Shown here piece by piece: positions 20,801 through 30,142 of a stretch of DNA of 64,000 nucleotides. The notes below the pieces were generated by a model. That model had not been told where the DNA came from and made no database searches. It saw nothing but the letters and a program-made list of their open reading frames with translations. The DNA is from Myxococcales bacterium. Its GTDB lineage: Bacteria > Myxococcota > Myxococcia > Myxococcales > UBA5297. Location of the stretch: assembly GCA_049841135.1 (NCBI GenBank), contig JASGHK010000002.1, positions 863,116 to 927,115 on the forward strand. The letters are read 5' to 3'. Numbering within the stretch: position 1 is the stretch's first letter; each line of letters starts with the position of its first letter. Position numbers and translations under genes: made by a program.

Positions 20801-21709
20801 CAGCACCGAGGTCTGTCCGGCGCCCACCGCGACCGACACCGACTGCGTCCTGAAGCCGGTGAGCGTGAAGGTGACGTTGTAGATGCCGGCCGGCATCGGC
20901 GAGAGCTTGAAGTTGCGGCCCTCCGCGTCGGGCTGGGGGTCGCTGGTGACCTGCAGCACGTGGTGGTTGCCCTGCAGCGTGGTGCCGTCGGCCTTGACGA
21001 ACACTCCGCCGCCGTCGAGCGCACCCCGGACCGTGACGATCCCGGTGATGACGCCGGGGTCGGCGGCGAGGGTGATGTCGGGCGCCGTGGTGGTCTGGTT
21101 GCGGGCGACGACGAGGTTGGGCTGCAGGGCCGGCTTGAAGCCGTCCTTGGAGGCGGTGAGGTTGTAGCTGCCCTCGGGCAGGCCCGAGAACGCGTAGTTG
21201 CCCTGCGCGTCGGTCTGCACCGAGCCGGGGACGCCTTCGATGGAGACGCTGACGCCCGCGTTGCTCTGCGTCCCCTCGCCGCCCGCGAGCTGCTCGAGCT
21301 TCACCACGCCGGCGATGCCCCCGCGCGCGACGCGCAGCGTGATGGGCGTGACGGCGACGTCCTTGCCGCCGTTCTCCAGCGTCACGCTGACGCTGTAGGC
21401 GTAGCCGACCTCGAAGCCACCCTTGGTCGCGCTGACCGTGTAGATCCCCGGTGGCACCTTGTCGATGCGGTAGTGCCCCTGGGCGTCGGTCTTCCCCGGC
21501 CGGCCCGCCTCCACGACCAGCACGTCGATCTGGTCGAGCGCGCCGTCCTTCTGGTCCCAGGGCGGCTCGAGGCCGATGGTCCCGACGAGCGTCGCCTTCG
21601 CCTGGAGGTCCTTGGGCGTCTGCGGGTCGTAGGGGTTGGTGTGGCTCACGGTCGAGTTGCACGCCGCGAGAGCCAGCCACATCGACGCGAGGGAGAGGAC
21701 GCGCTTCAT
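11826..21709 (-). CDS. giant modular surface lipoprotein (about 3,290 aa) read through two apparent +1 frame breaks (19894-19898 and about 14430-14436)
   Basis: Starts MKRVLSLASMWLALAAC (lipobox). It has about 8 CarboxypepD_reg-like modules (e.g. TDAQGHYRIDKVPPGIYTVSATKGGF) and about 12 Ig-like modules of about 100 aa, each with a (Y/F)xC(L/V)(K/R)DxAGN motif. FN3-like modules follow (RLSWSAAFDPESGIDRYEVWY; VHLQWRSVGDATGYMV), then a Cys/Trp-patterned C-terminal region. Three ORF-track pieces (18497..21709, 14140..19722, 11826..14759) join cleanly at the two sites. Confidence 0.8.
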
Positions 21710-21862
21710 GAAAGCTCCTGGTGGCCGCTTCGTCGCTCCCCCCGAAGCAGGGACGCCGGCGGACCGGGCGTAGTTGTTAGCAAAAAACCGAGAGTCTCGG
21801 TGTGTCGCCGGTCACTCCGCCAGGACGCCCCGGATTGGGGCCCGGCCGGACTGCCCGAGAAG

Positions 21863-22336
21863 CTAGGAGCCTTCGAGCCGGCGCAGCCACTCTTCGAGGC
21901 TCGACAGCCTGGGCTCGCCGGCACGGACCTCGTACGCCGGCGCCCACCGCTCCTCCCAATGGGCCCAGAGCGTTCCGGCGGCCTCGCCCTCCACGACGAG
22001 CCACCACGTGCCGTCTTCGGTGACGCTCACCGCGCCCGCCAGCTCCTCGCCGTCCGACGCCCCGAGGACCACCTCCTCGGCCTCGGTCTCGAGGACGATC
22101 TCGAACCCGCCCGCCTCTGACTCGAAGACGCTGGCCCACGCCGCCGCGGGCCGCTCGAAGACCGCGACCTGGCCCGCCGGGCCGCGCGCCAGGTCGGCCC
22201 GCGCGATGCGCAGCGCACCTTCGCGGCCGATCGGGAACGGGCCCGCGCGCAGCGTCTCTCGGGCGATCACGCAGGCCGCGCCCTCCCCGGCGACGGCCCT
22301 CTCGAACTCCGCCAGGATGCGCTCGCCCGCGGCCAT
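21863..22336 (-). CDS. hypothetical protein
   Basis: 157-aa ORF with protein-like composition. Its start lies 4 nt after the stop of the upstream ORF 22341..22841, so the two look like an operon pair. Confidence 0.5.
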   Translation of the reverse strand: MAAGERILAEFERAVAGEGAACVIARETLRAGPFPIGREGALRIARADLARGPAGQVAVFERPAAAWASVFESEAGGFEIVLETEAEEVVLGASDGEELAGAVSVTEDGTWWLVVEGEAAGTLWAHWEERWAPAYEVRAGEPRLSSLEEWLRRLEGS

Positions 22337-22340
22337 CGCC

Positions 22341-22841
22341 CTACCCCGCTTTCCCGTTGGCGGCCTTCGCCTCGGCGCGGTTCGCCCGCACCTCCATCAG
22401 GCGGAACAGGCCCAGGGTCATCGCCCGCACGCGGTTCTCGTAGCCGAAGTACACGAAGACGTAAGCGGCAATGAGCACCAGCAGCAGCAGCTCGAGGATG
22501 CCCAGCGCGACGACCAGCGGGCCGCCGACGAACCCGGGGAGGAGGATGAAGAAGAGGATGCCCACGAACATGAAGGCGCCGAAGTGCATCCGCCGCTCTT
22601 CGCGCTCGGCGATGACGCGCTCGTGGTGGTAGCCCTCGAGCCAGGCGAGCTCCTCGTCGGTCACCGAGTCGGGCACGGTCGCGAAGTGGGCCTTGGCCAG
22701 GTCGTCGTAGAGCGCCAGGCGCTTGCTCTTGGGCTTGCCGACGGCGATCTGCGCCTCGTCGTACGGCGAGCCGTCGAAGTACTTGGGGACGCCCGCGGGC
22801 GGGTGGTTCTGCACGCTACGGATGCTGCCCTCGTCGGCCAT
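22341..22841 (-). CDS. hypothetical membrane protein
   Basis: 166 aa. The C-terminal half has two long hydrophobic segments (FGAFMFVGILFFILLPGFVGGPLVVALGILELLLLVLIAAYVFVYF). Confidence 0.6.
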   Translation of the reverse strand: MADEGSIRSVQNHPPAGVPKYFDGSPYDEAQIAVGKPKSKRLALYDDLAKAHFATVPDSVTDEELAWLEGYHHERVIAEREERRMHFGAFMFVGILFFILLPGFVGGPLVVALGILELLLLVLIAAYVFVYFGYENRVRAMTLGLFRLMEVRANRAEAKAANGKAG

Positions 22842-22919
22842 GGGCTTCCTCCCTCGGGGACTGCGGACCGGGGCGTATTATCGTCGCGCCGCGCTGCTTT
22901 GACGACGGCGGAGCCTTCG

Positions 22920-23828
22920 ATGCCCGAGTACCCCGACATCACGGTCTACCTGGAGTCGCTCGAGCGCCGGGTGAAGGGGCAGACGCTCGCGAAGGTCCGC
23001 GTGGCGAGCCCCTTCGTCGTGCGCACCTTCGACCCGCCGATCTCCGAGGCCCAGGGCAAGAAGGTCCTGGGCCTGCGGCGGCTGGGCAAGCGAATCGTCT
23101 TCGAGCTCGAGCAAGGCCTCTTCCTGGTCGTCCACCTGATGATCGCCGGGCGCTTCCGCTGGCTGGAGGAGAGCGGCGCCAAGGTCCCCGGGAAGCTGGG
23201 GCTCGCCGCCTTCGACTTCCCGACCGGCACGCTGGTGCTCACCGAGGCCTCGACCAAGAAGCGCGCCTCGCTGCACCTGGTGCGCGGGGAGAAGGCGCTC
23301 GAGCCCTTCTCGCGGGGCGGCCTGGAGATCTTCGAGGCCGACCTCGCGGCCTTCCGCAGAGCGCTCGCCAGCGAGAACCACACCCTCAAGCGCTCGCTGA
23401 CCGACCCCACCCTCTTCTCGGGCATCGGCAACGCCTACTCGGACGAGATCCTCCACCGCGCGCGCCTGTCGCCGGTGCAGCTGACGAAGAACCTCTCGGA
23501 CGAGGAGACGGCGCGCCTGTTCGAGGCGTGCAAGGACACGCTGCGCGAGTGGACCGAGCGGCTGCGCGCCGAGGTCGGCGAAGGCTTCCCGGAGAAGGTC
23601 ACCGCCTTCCGCGAGGAGATGGCCGTCCACGGCCGCTACCGCAAGCCGTGCCCGGTCTGCGGCTCGCAGGTGCTGCGCATCGCCTATGCCGAGAACGAGA
23701 CCAACTACTGCGCGCGCTGCCAGACCGGCGGGAAAGTGCTCAGCGATCGGTCGCTGGCGCGGCTGCTCAAGGACGACTGGCCCAAAACGATCGAGGAGCT
23801 GGAGGAGCGGCTGGGCCCGAAGGGGTAG
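22920..23828 (+). CDS. Fpg/Nei-family DNA glycosylase/AP lyase
   Basis: ATG at 22920 inside ORF 22008..23828. The N-terminal MPEYPD supplies the catalytic Pro2/Glu3 positions. An H2TH-like block (LTDPTLFSGIGNAYSDEILHRARL) and a C-terminal zinc finger (CPVCGSQV...CARCQ) are present. Confidence 0.85.
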   Translation: MPEYPDITVYLESLERRVKGQTLAKVRVASPFVVRTFDPPISEAQGKKVLGLRRLGKRIVFELEQGLFLVVHLMIAGRFRWLEESGAKVPGKLGLAAFDFPTGTLVLTEASTKKRASLHLVRGEKALEPFSRGGLEIFEADLAAFRRALASENHTLKRSLTDPTLFSGIGNAYSDEILHRARLSPVQLTKNLSDEETARLFEACKDTLREWTERLRAEVGEGFPEKVTAFREEMAVHGRYRKPCPVCGSQVLRIAYAENETNYCARCQTGGKVLSDRSLARLLKDDWPKTIEELEERLGPKG

Positions 23829-25150
23829 TGCCGGGCTTCCACGCGCTTCCACGCCGGGGACAACCTGGCCGACTTGATGACCTGAGGCGCGCTGGTGGGG
23901 TGTGGGCCCGGCTTCCACGCCGGGGTCAACCTGGCCGACTTGATGACCTGAGGCGCGCTGGTGGGGTGTGGGCTCGGCTTCCACGCCGGGGACAACCTGG
24001 CCGACTTGATGACTGAGGCGCGCTGGTGGGGTGTGGGCCCGGCTTCCACGCCGGGGACAACCTGGCCGACTTGATGACCTGAGGCGCGCTGGTGGGGTGT
24101 GGGCCCGGCTTCCACGCCGGGGTCAACCTGGCCGACTTGATGACCTGAGGCGCGCTGGTGGGGTGTGGGCCCGGCTTCCACGCCGGGGTCAACCTGGCCG
24201 ACTTCATGACCTGAGGCGCGCTGGTGGGGTGTGGGCCCGGCTTCCACGCCGGGGTCAACCTGGCCGACTTGATGACCTGATGCGCGCTGGTGGGGTGTGG
24301 GCCCGGCTTCCACGCCGGGGTCAACCTGGCCGACTTGATGACCTGAGGCGCGCTGGTGGGGTGTGGGCCCGGCTTCCACGCCGGGGACAACCTGGCCGAC
24401 TTTGATGACCTGAGGCGCGCTGGTGGGGTGTGGGCCCGGCTTCCACGCCGGGGTCAACCTGGCCGACTTTGATGACCTGAGGCGCGCTGGTGGGGTGTGG
24501 GCCCGGCTTCCACTCCGGGGTCAACCTGGCCGACTTTGATGACCTGAGGCGCGCTGGTGGGGTGTGGGCCCGGCTTCCACGCGCTTCCACGCCGGGGACA
24601 ACCTGGCCGACTTTGATGACCTGAGGCGCGCTGGTGGGGTGTGGGCCCGGCTTCCACGCCGGGGACAACCTGGCCGACTTGATGACCTGAGGCGCGCTGG
24701 TGGGGTGTGGGCCCGGCTTCCACGCCGGGGACAACCTGGCCGACTTGATGACCTGAGGCGCGCTGGTGGGGTGTGGGCCCGGCTTCCACGCCGGGGTCAA
24801 CCTGGCCGACTTGATGACCTGAGGCGCGCTGGTGGGGTGTGGGCCCGGCTTCCACGCCGCGGTCAACCTGGCCGACTTGATGACCTGAGGCGCGCTGGTG
24901 GGGTGTGGGCCCGGCTTCCACGCGCTTCCACGCCGGGGTCAACCTGGCCGACTTGATGACCTGAGGCGCGCTGGTGGGTGTGGGCCCGGCTTCCACGCCG
25001 GGGACAACCTGGCCGACTTTGATGACCTGAGGCGCGCTGGTGGGGTGTGGGCCCGGCTTCCACGCCGGGGACAACCTGGCCGACTTTGATGACCTGAGGC
25101 GCGCTGGTGGGGTGTGGGCCCGGCTTCCACGCGCTTCCACGCCGGGGACA
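23829..25150 (+). repeat. tandem array of about 20 x 65-67-bp units
   Basis: Unit GGCTTCCACGCCGGGGACAACCTGGCCGACTTGATGACCTGAGGCGCGCTGGTGGGGTGTGGGCCC. The array starts 1 nt after the fpg/nei stop. Each unit has a CCCGGC-ttccac-GCCGGG hairpin. Variants include A/T in GGGGA/TCAACC, TT/TTT in GACTT(T)GATG, and an 11-bp CTTCCACGCG duplication in 4 units. There are no unit-specific unique segments. Confidence 0.92.
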
Positions 25151-25225
25151 CCTTCAAGAAAGTGATCTTCTGAAGTGCGCTGGTGGGCCCGAAGCGCGCC
25201 TCGGATTCCAGGAACCTTCAGATGC

Positions 25226-25510
25226 CCCCGGCGTGGAAGCCGGGCCCACACCCCCGGCGCGCCTCAGAATCCTCAAGTCTGTGAGGTTGTCCCCGGCATG
25301 GAAGCCGGGCCCACACCCCCGGCGCGCCTCAGATCCTCAAGTCTGTGAGGTTGTCCCCGGCATGGAAGCCGGGCCCACACCCCCGGCGCGCCTCAGAATC
25401 CTCAAGTCTGTGAGGTTGTCCCCGGCGTGGAAGCCGGGCCCACACCCCCGGCGCGCCTCGAATCCTCAAGTCTGTGAGGTTGTCCCCGGCGTGGAAGCGC
25501 TTCCACGCCC
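25226..25510 (-). repeat. about 4.5 x 64-65-bp related units in inverted orientation to the preceding array
   Basis: Unit CCCGGC(A/G)TGGAAGCCGGGCCCACACCCCCGGCGCGCCTCAGAATCCTCAAGTCTGTGAGGTTGTC. Its reverse complement shares the core GGTGTGGGCCCGGCTTCCACGCCGGGGACAACCT with the 66-bp units. It ends 9 nt before the stop of the convergent gene at 25519. Confidence 0.9.
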
Positions 25511-25518
25511 AGGGCGAT

Positions 25519-26995
25519 TCACTTCTCCACCGGCTTGAGCTCCATCCGCGCCTGGAACTTCACCGCCGCCCCGTCGGGATCGGCCCAGGCACTGATCGGC
25601 CCGGCGGCCTTCAGGAGCGCACCGACCTCGACCCCCGCCGCGAAGAGCCCCGCGAGCTCCTGCGACTTGGCCACGTCCATGATCGGAATCGTGCGCAGCG
25701 CCGCGGTCGCCCTCGGCCCGTCCACCGTGAAGCTCACCGCGTGCTCGGCCTTCCCCGCCTTGGAAGCACCGACCGCCGCGAGCATGCGGGTGAGCGCAGC
25801 CGAGTCATTGCCGATGAAGAGCGCACCCTTCGCGACCCCCAACCGCACTTCTCGATCGCCCACCGCCGCCGACCAGGCGCCGCCTTCCGCGACCTCGAGC
25901 TTGGCGAGCTTCGCTCCCTTGGCCTCGAGCTTCTTGAGCGCTCCCTCGAGCGCGGCGAGTGCCTTGCCCTCCTCCTTCACCGGAAGGACGTAGGCGTGGG
26001 GGAACAGGTAGTACGCCACCGGCTTCTGCAGCGCGCCCGCGACATCGATCCCATCGACCAGCGCCGCGACCCCGCCGGTCGACCTCGGGCTTGAGCGCCG
26101 CGAGGACCGCCTGGGAGGTCGCCGCGTCGCAGGCCTTGCACGCGTTCGAGGCGAGGAAGCTGAGCACCGAAGCGCCGGGGCTGCCGGGGTCCGCCATGGC
26201 CTTGGGCGTCAGCTGTGCCCGCAGGGCCATCGGCGCCTCCACGGCCAGGCCCGCGAGGACGTCGCCCTCCTTGGGCTTGTCCAGCGGCTGGCTGCCGAGC
26301 ACGGCGCGACCGACGAGCTCGAGCGCGCCCTTCGTCGCCCGGACCTCGAACGCCCCGCCCTCGCCCGCAGCTTGGAAGTAACCCATGACCGGAGCATCCA
26401 GCCCCGCCGCGGCCTTCACCGCCGCCGTCGTCGCGAGCCCCTGTCCGCCGAGCGCATCCACCGCCTCTTTGAGCGCCGCGAGGGCATCCGTGCCACCGCT
26501 CGCAAAGCACAGCGCCGATCCCTTCGTCGCCACGCCGGCCCGCCAGATCTTCCCGGCGACGGCCCCTTCGAGCTGCGCTCCCTTGTAGGCCTGCTTTGCC
26601 GGCTGCCCCGAACCCGCGAGCGTCGTGCGCGCGCGCTCGATCGTCTTGCTGCCCTTCACGGTCGACAAGCAGACGACCGTGGCCTCGCGCAGGAAGCTCA
26701 CCGACATCGGAGCCTCGGCGTCCACGCCCGCCTCCGAGAGCGCCGCCGGATCGAGGATGTCCGCGCCCAGCACCGCCCCCAGGCTCTTGCCCAGCTCCAC
26801 CGGCCGCAGCATCGCCGACCACTGCCCGGCCTCGGCCAGGAACGCTCGCAGGTCGGGCAAGCCGGCCTTCGGCGAGCGCACGAGGATGGTCGCCGGCGAG
26901 GACTTCGGCGCGACGGGCGGCCGTGCGGCAGCGACCGGCGCAGGGGCCGCGGCGGCGAGAGTGAGCGCGAGGGTCAAGGACGTGACGGGCAGCAA
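25519..26995 (-). CDS. secreted hypothetical protein; apparent +1 frame break near 26072-26086
   Basis: ORF 25805..26995 begins with a signal peptide (MLPVTSLTLALTLAAAAPAPVAA) and is protein-like up to ..AVLAALKPEV. ORF 25519..26019 is open upstream of its listed start (..GGVAALVDGIDVAGALQKPVAYYLFPH..). The two frames overlap around 26072-26086. Confidence 0.6.
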
Positions 26996-27098
26996 CGCAG
27001 GCCTCCGGGTGACATCGACGCCGGCACTCTACTCGCCCTGATTGCTCCCGTGCGGAGCGCTGGCTATAGATGCGCCTCCCTCTCAACCGAGCGACGCC

Positions 27099-28160
27099 AT
27101 GCCTATTCCGCGAGACCTCCGGGACATCCACCAGACCTTGGGCGCGCGCTTCGACGGCGAGCGCATCCTGGGCTACGGCACGCACGAGGCCGAGCTCGAG
27201 GCGCTGGGCAAGACCTGCGGCCTGTGCGACCGCTCCGAGCGCGGCAAGCTGCGCCTGACCGGCTCCGAGCGCGTGGGCTTCCTGCACGGCCAGGTCAGCA
27301 ACGACATCAAGTCGCTCGCGCCTGGGCGAGGCTGCTACACCACGCTGCTCACGCCCAAGGGGCACATGGTCGGCGACGGCCGCCTCCTCCTGCGAGCCGA
27401 CGACGCGCTCTTCGACACCGAGCCCGGGCGCGAGGGCCCCCTCCAGAAGCTCTTCGAGCACCACCTCATCTCCGAAGACGTGGAGGTGTCGGACGTCACC
27501 GCGCAATACGCGCTCCTCTCGCTCCTGGGCCCGGCGGCCCCGGAGATCGTCGCCTCGGCGCTGGGCGGCACGCGCCCGCACCTCGAGGAGCACCGCCACT
27601 GCGATCGCCAAGGCGTCCTCGTCGTCGGCGCCAGGCTCGGCGCGCTCGAGGGCCTGGATCTCCTCGTCCCCGCCGAGCGCGCGGCGCTGGTCCTGGGCTC
27701 GCTGCTCGAGCGCGGCCAGCCTCATGGCCTGGTCCCGGTCGGCTCCGAGGCGTGGGAGATCGCGCGGGTCGAGCAGGGCGTGCCGCGCTTTGGGGCGGAC
27801 ATGGACGAGGAGACCATCCCCCTGGAAGCCAACCTGACCGAGCGCGCCCTCTCCTTCAACAAGGGCTGCTACGTCGGGCAGGAGGTCATCGCGCGCGCCT
27901 CGTTCCGCGGCGGCGTGCGCCGCAAGCTCGTCGGCTTCCGGCTGGGTGAAGGCCCGCTGCCCGCGGCCAAGACGACGCTCTTCAAGGCCGTCGGCGACCT
28001 CAAGACCGCGGGCGAGCTGGCGAGCTGCCTCGTCAGCCCGCGCTTCGGCCCCATCGGCCTGGGCTACGCGCGGCGCGAGCACCAGGTGCCCGGCAGCGAG
28101 CTCGTCACCCCGGAGGGCCGCAAGGTCACGGTCTGCGCGCTGCCCTTCTCCGCGCCTTGA
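27099..28160 (+). CDS. ygfZ: YgfZ/CAF17-family folate-binding protein (GcvT-like)
   Basis: ATG at 27099 inside ORF 27042..28160. The fold follows the aminomethyltransferase pattern (CDRSERGKLRLTG..., TLLTPKGHMVGD) and carries the signature KGCYVGQE motif. Confidence 0.85.
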   Translation: MPIPRDLRDIHQTLGARFDGERILGYGTHEAELEALGKTCGLCDRSERGKLRLTGSERVGFLHGQVSNDIKSLAPGRGCYTTLLTPKGHMVGDGRLLLRADDALFDTEPGREGPLQKLFEHHLISEDVEVSDVTAQYALLSLLGPAAPEIVASALGGTRPHLEEHRHCDRQGVLVVGARLGALEGLDLLVPAERAALVLGSLLERGQPHGLVPVGSEAWEIARVEQGVPRFGADMDEETIPLEANLTERALSFNKGCYVGQEVIARASFRGGVRRKLVGFRLGEGPLPAAKTTLFKAVGDLKTAGELASCLVSPRFGPIGLGYARREHQVPGSELVTPEGRKVTVCALPFSAP

Positions 28161-28173
28161 CGGCGCGCCCTCC

Positions 28174-29571
28174 TCAGCGGGCGGCCGGGCCTGCCAGCAG
28201 CCGCAGGTGGATCGGCTTGGGCACGTCCGGCAGGCTTCGCTCGACCCAGGCGTCCTCGACCTTCATCAGCCGGCTGACCGCGTAGGCGAGCATCGTCTTG
28301 AGCGGTCCCGGCGGCCAGCCGACCACCCGCCGGTTCACGTAGAACGCCTCGGCGCGCTCGGTCTTCTCGCCGCGCAGGAGGTCGCACAGGGTCCAGCCGT
28401 TCAGGTGCGCGAGCGCGAGGCCATGGCCCATGCAGCCCAGGCTGTAGACGATCCGATCGCTGCCCAGGAACCCCACCGCCGGCACCAGCTGCAGCGGCAC
28501 GGAGATGGGCCCGCCCCAGCGGTGCGGGAAGCGCACGCGCCGCAGCGCCGGGAAGAGCACCCGGGCGTCGTCCTCCAGGCCCTGGAACGTCCGCGGCGAC
28601 AGCTCGCGCCCGGCACCGAACGGGACGCTGACGTCGCGGCCGCCGATGAGCAGCCGGTTGTCCGCGGTGAGCCGGTAGAAGCGCGGGAGGTTGCGCGCGT
28701 CCACCACGCCCTGCCGCCGGCGCCAGCCGATGGCCTCCAGGTGCTCGGGCCGCAAGGGCTCGCTGGCGATGGCGTGCATGTACATCGCGACCTGCTTGCC
28801 GGCGAGGCCGCGGAACTGCTGCGAGTAGGCGTTGGTGGTGATGGCCAGCCGGTCGGCGAGGACCCCGCCCTTGGGCGTGCGCACGAAGAGCCGCCCCAGC
28901 TTGCGGTCGATGCGCTGCGCCTGCGTCTGCTCGAAGAACTGCACGCCCGCTCGCTGCAGCACCTCCTTGAGCCCCAGCGCCAGCTTCGCCGGGTTGACGA
29001 GCGCCGCCCGCGCCTCCCAGGCCGCGCCCAGGAAGAGCGGGCTGTCCACCTGCTGGCGGACCGCCTTGGCGTCGAGCCACTCGGTGCCGCCCAGGCCGCA
29101 GGCGCGCGCCGTCTCCACGTCCTCGCGGACCCGGCGCTCGAAGGTGGAGGTCGTCGCCACGCGCAGCAGGCCGGTCCGCTCGTACTCGCACTCGATCCGG
29201 TTGTGCCGCACCAGGCGCTCGACGAGCTCGACCGCCTGCGCCATCAAGTGGTGCGCCTCGCGGGCGCGCGCGCGGCCGAAGGCCCGGACCGTCGCGCCGA
29301 ACGAGAGGCCGAAGCTGGTGGAGACGAACCCCGCGCTCCGGCCCGAAGCCCCCGCCCCCACCCGCTCGGACTCGATGACGACGATCCGCGCCGAGGGATC
29401 GGCCCGGCGCAGGAAGTAGGCGGTCGCCAGGCCAGAGAAGCCCGCGCCGATCACCGCGTAGTCCGCGGTCGCAGCCCCTTCGAGAGGCGGGCTCTCCGCG
29501 TAGCGCAACGAACCGAGCCAGAAGGAGCGGGCCTTCGGGTCCACGGCGGAATCCATCATGTGCATAGGCAC
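28174..29571 (-). CDS. FAD-dependent oxidoreductase (DAO family)
   Basis: 465 aa. The N-terminal dinucleotide fold DYAVIGAGFSGLATAYFL...VVIESERVGAGASGRSAG is typical of glycine/D-amino-acid-oxidase-type enzymes. Confidence 0.8.
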   Translation of the reverse strand: MPMHMMDSAVDPKARSFWLGSLRYAESPPLEGAATADYAVIGAGFSGLATAYFLRRADPSARIVVIESERVGAGASGRSAGFVSTSFGLSFGATVRAFGRARAREAHHLMAQAVELVERLVRHNRIECEYERTGLLRVATTSTFERRVREDVETARACGLGGTEWLDAKAVRQQVDSPLFLGAAWEARAALVNPAKLALGLKEVLQRAGVQFFEQTQAQRIDRKLGRLFVRTPKGGVLADRLAITTNAYSQQFRGLAGKQVAMYMHAIASEPLRPEHLEAIGWRRRQGVVDARNLPRFYRLTADNRLLIGGRDVSVPFGAGRELSPRTFQGLEDDARVLFPALRRVRFPHRWGGPISVPLQLVPAVGFLGSDRIVYSLGCMGHGLALAHLNGWTLCDLLRGEKTERAEAFYVNRRVVGWPPGPLKTMLAYAVSRLMKVEDAWVERSLPDVPKPIHLRLLAGPAAR

Positions 29572-29726
29572 CCCGACCGCGCCGACTCTGGCATCGCCTC
29601 AGCGCCGAGCCACTCGCCGAATCACGGGGGCATGGCGGACTGTCCAGTTCCGGCCTGCCGAGTCAGCGCGTCGGCGCGCGCCCCGAAGCCGCGGAAGAGG
29701 TGAAGACGGCACGGGCGTGCCAGCAG

Positions 29727-29760
29727 CCTTGGCGACCTTGGTCCCTTGGCGACCTTGGCG
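29727..29760 (+). repeat. 34-bp dispersed repeat, copy 1
   Basis: CCTTGGCGACCTTGGTCCCTTGGCGACCTTGGCG, itself an internal 2x CCTTGGCGACCTTGG. It lies in the 570-bp intergenic region 29572-30142. Confidence 0.85.
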
Positions 29761-30142
29761 GTACAAGACGCGTCGCCCGATCCCACAGCGTCGAAGCCGA
29801 GAGCTCGAGCTCCACCGCGCTCGAGACCTCGGACTCACCAGCGCTGTCGGGCTGCTGAAGATAGGCAGCTATTCTGTGACATGAGTTCGGCGTCTCGTGG
29901 CGCCGAGCCGCAAGCGTGAGCGCGCGGGGATGGTTGAGCCCTGTGCAGCGACCGGGCCGCCTCGTGCACGGCCCATTACGACTGCGCCAGTCCGGAGCTT
30001 GCCAGTGCTCGACTCGTGGCCGGTCACTGCTCAGGGCTGGAGGAGGCCCGCGCGCTCACGCTTGCGGCTCGGCACGGGCTCTGCCGGTCGGTCGCGGAAG
30101 GTATGTCAGCGTTCGCCAACACGGACCGGCGCCGGCGCGACG

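Noticed and set aside
10152-21709. tRNA-Phe as the integration site of a genomic island carrying the protease and giant lipoprotein genes.
   Set aside because: There is no integrase gene, I could not find a direct repeat of the tRNA 3' end downstream, and there is no obvious compositional shift.
23705-25251. Several 60-265-aa ORFs in the track that run through the repeat arrays (for example 23705..24457, 24454..25251, 24031..24405).
   Set aside because: Their sequences are simply the periodic translation of the 66-bp unit (..PAWKPGPHPTSAPQVIKSARL.. repeated). They have no start context and are open only because the unit length is a multiple of 3.
23829-25510. Possible CRISPR array, given the regular 64-67-bp periodicity and the hairpin in each unit.
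   Set aside because: The whole unit is repeated, with no unique spacer segments between conserved repeats, and no cas genes are in the window. It is a tandem or satellite-type repeat.
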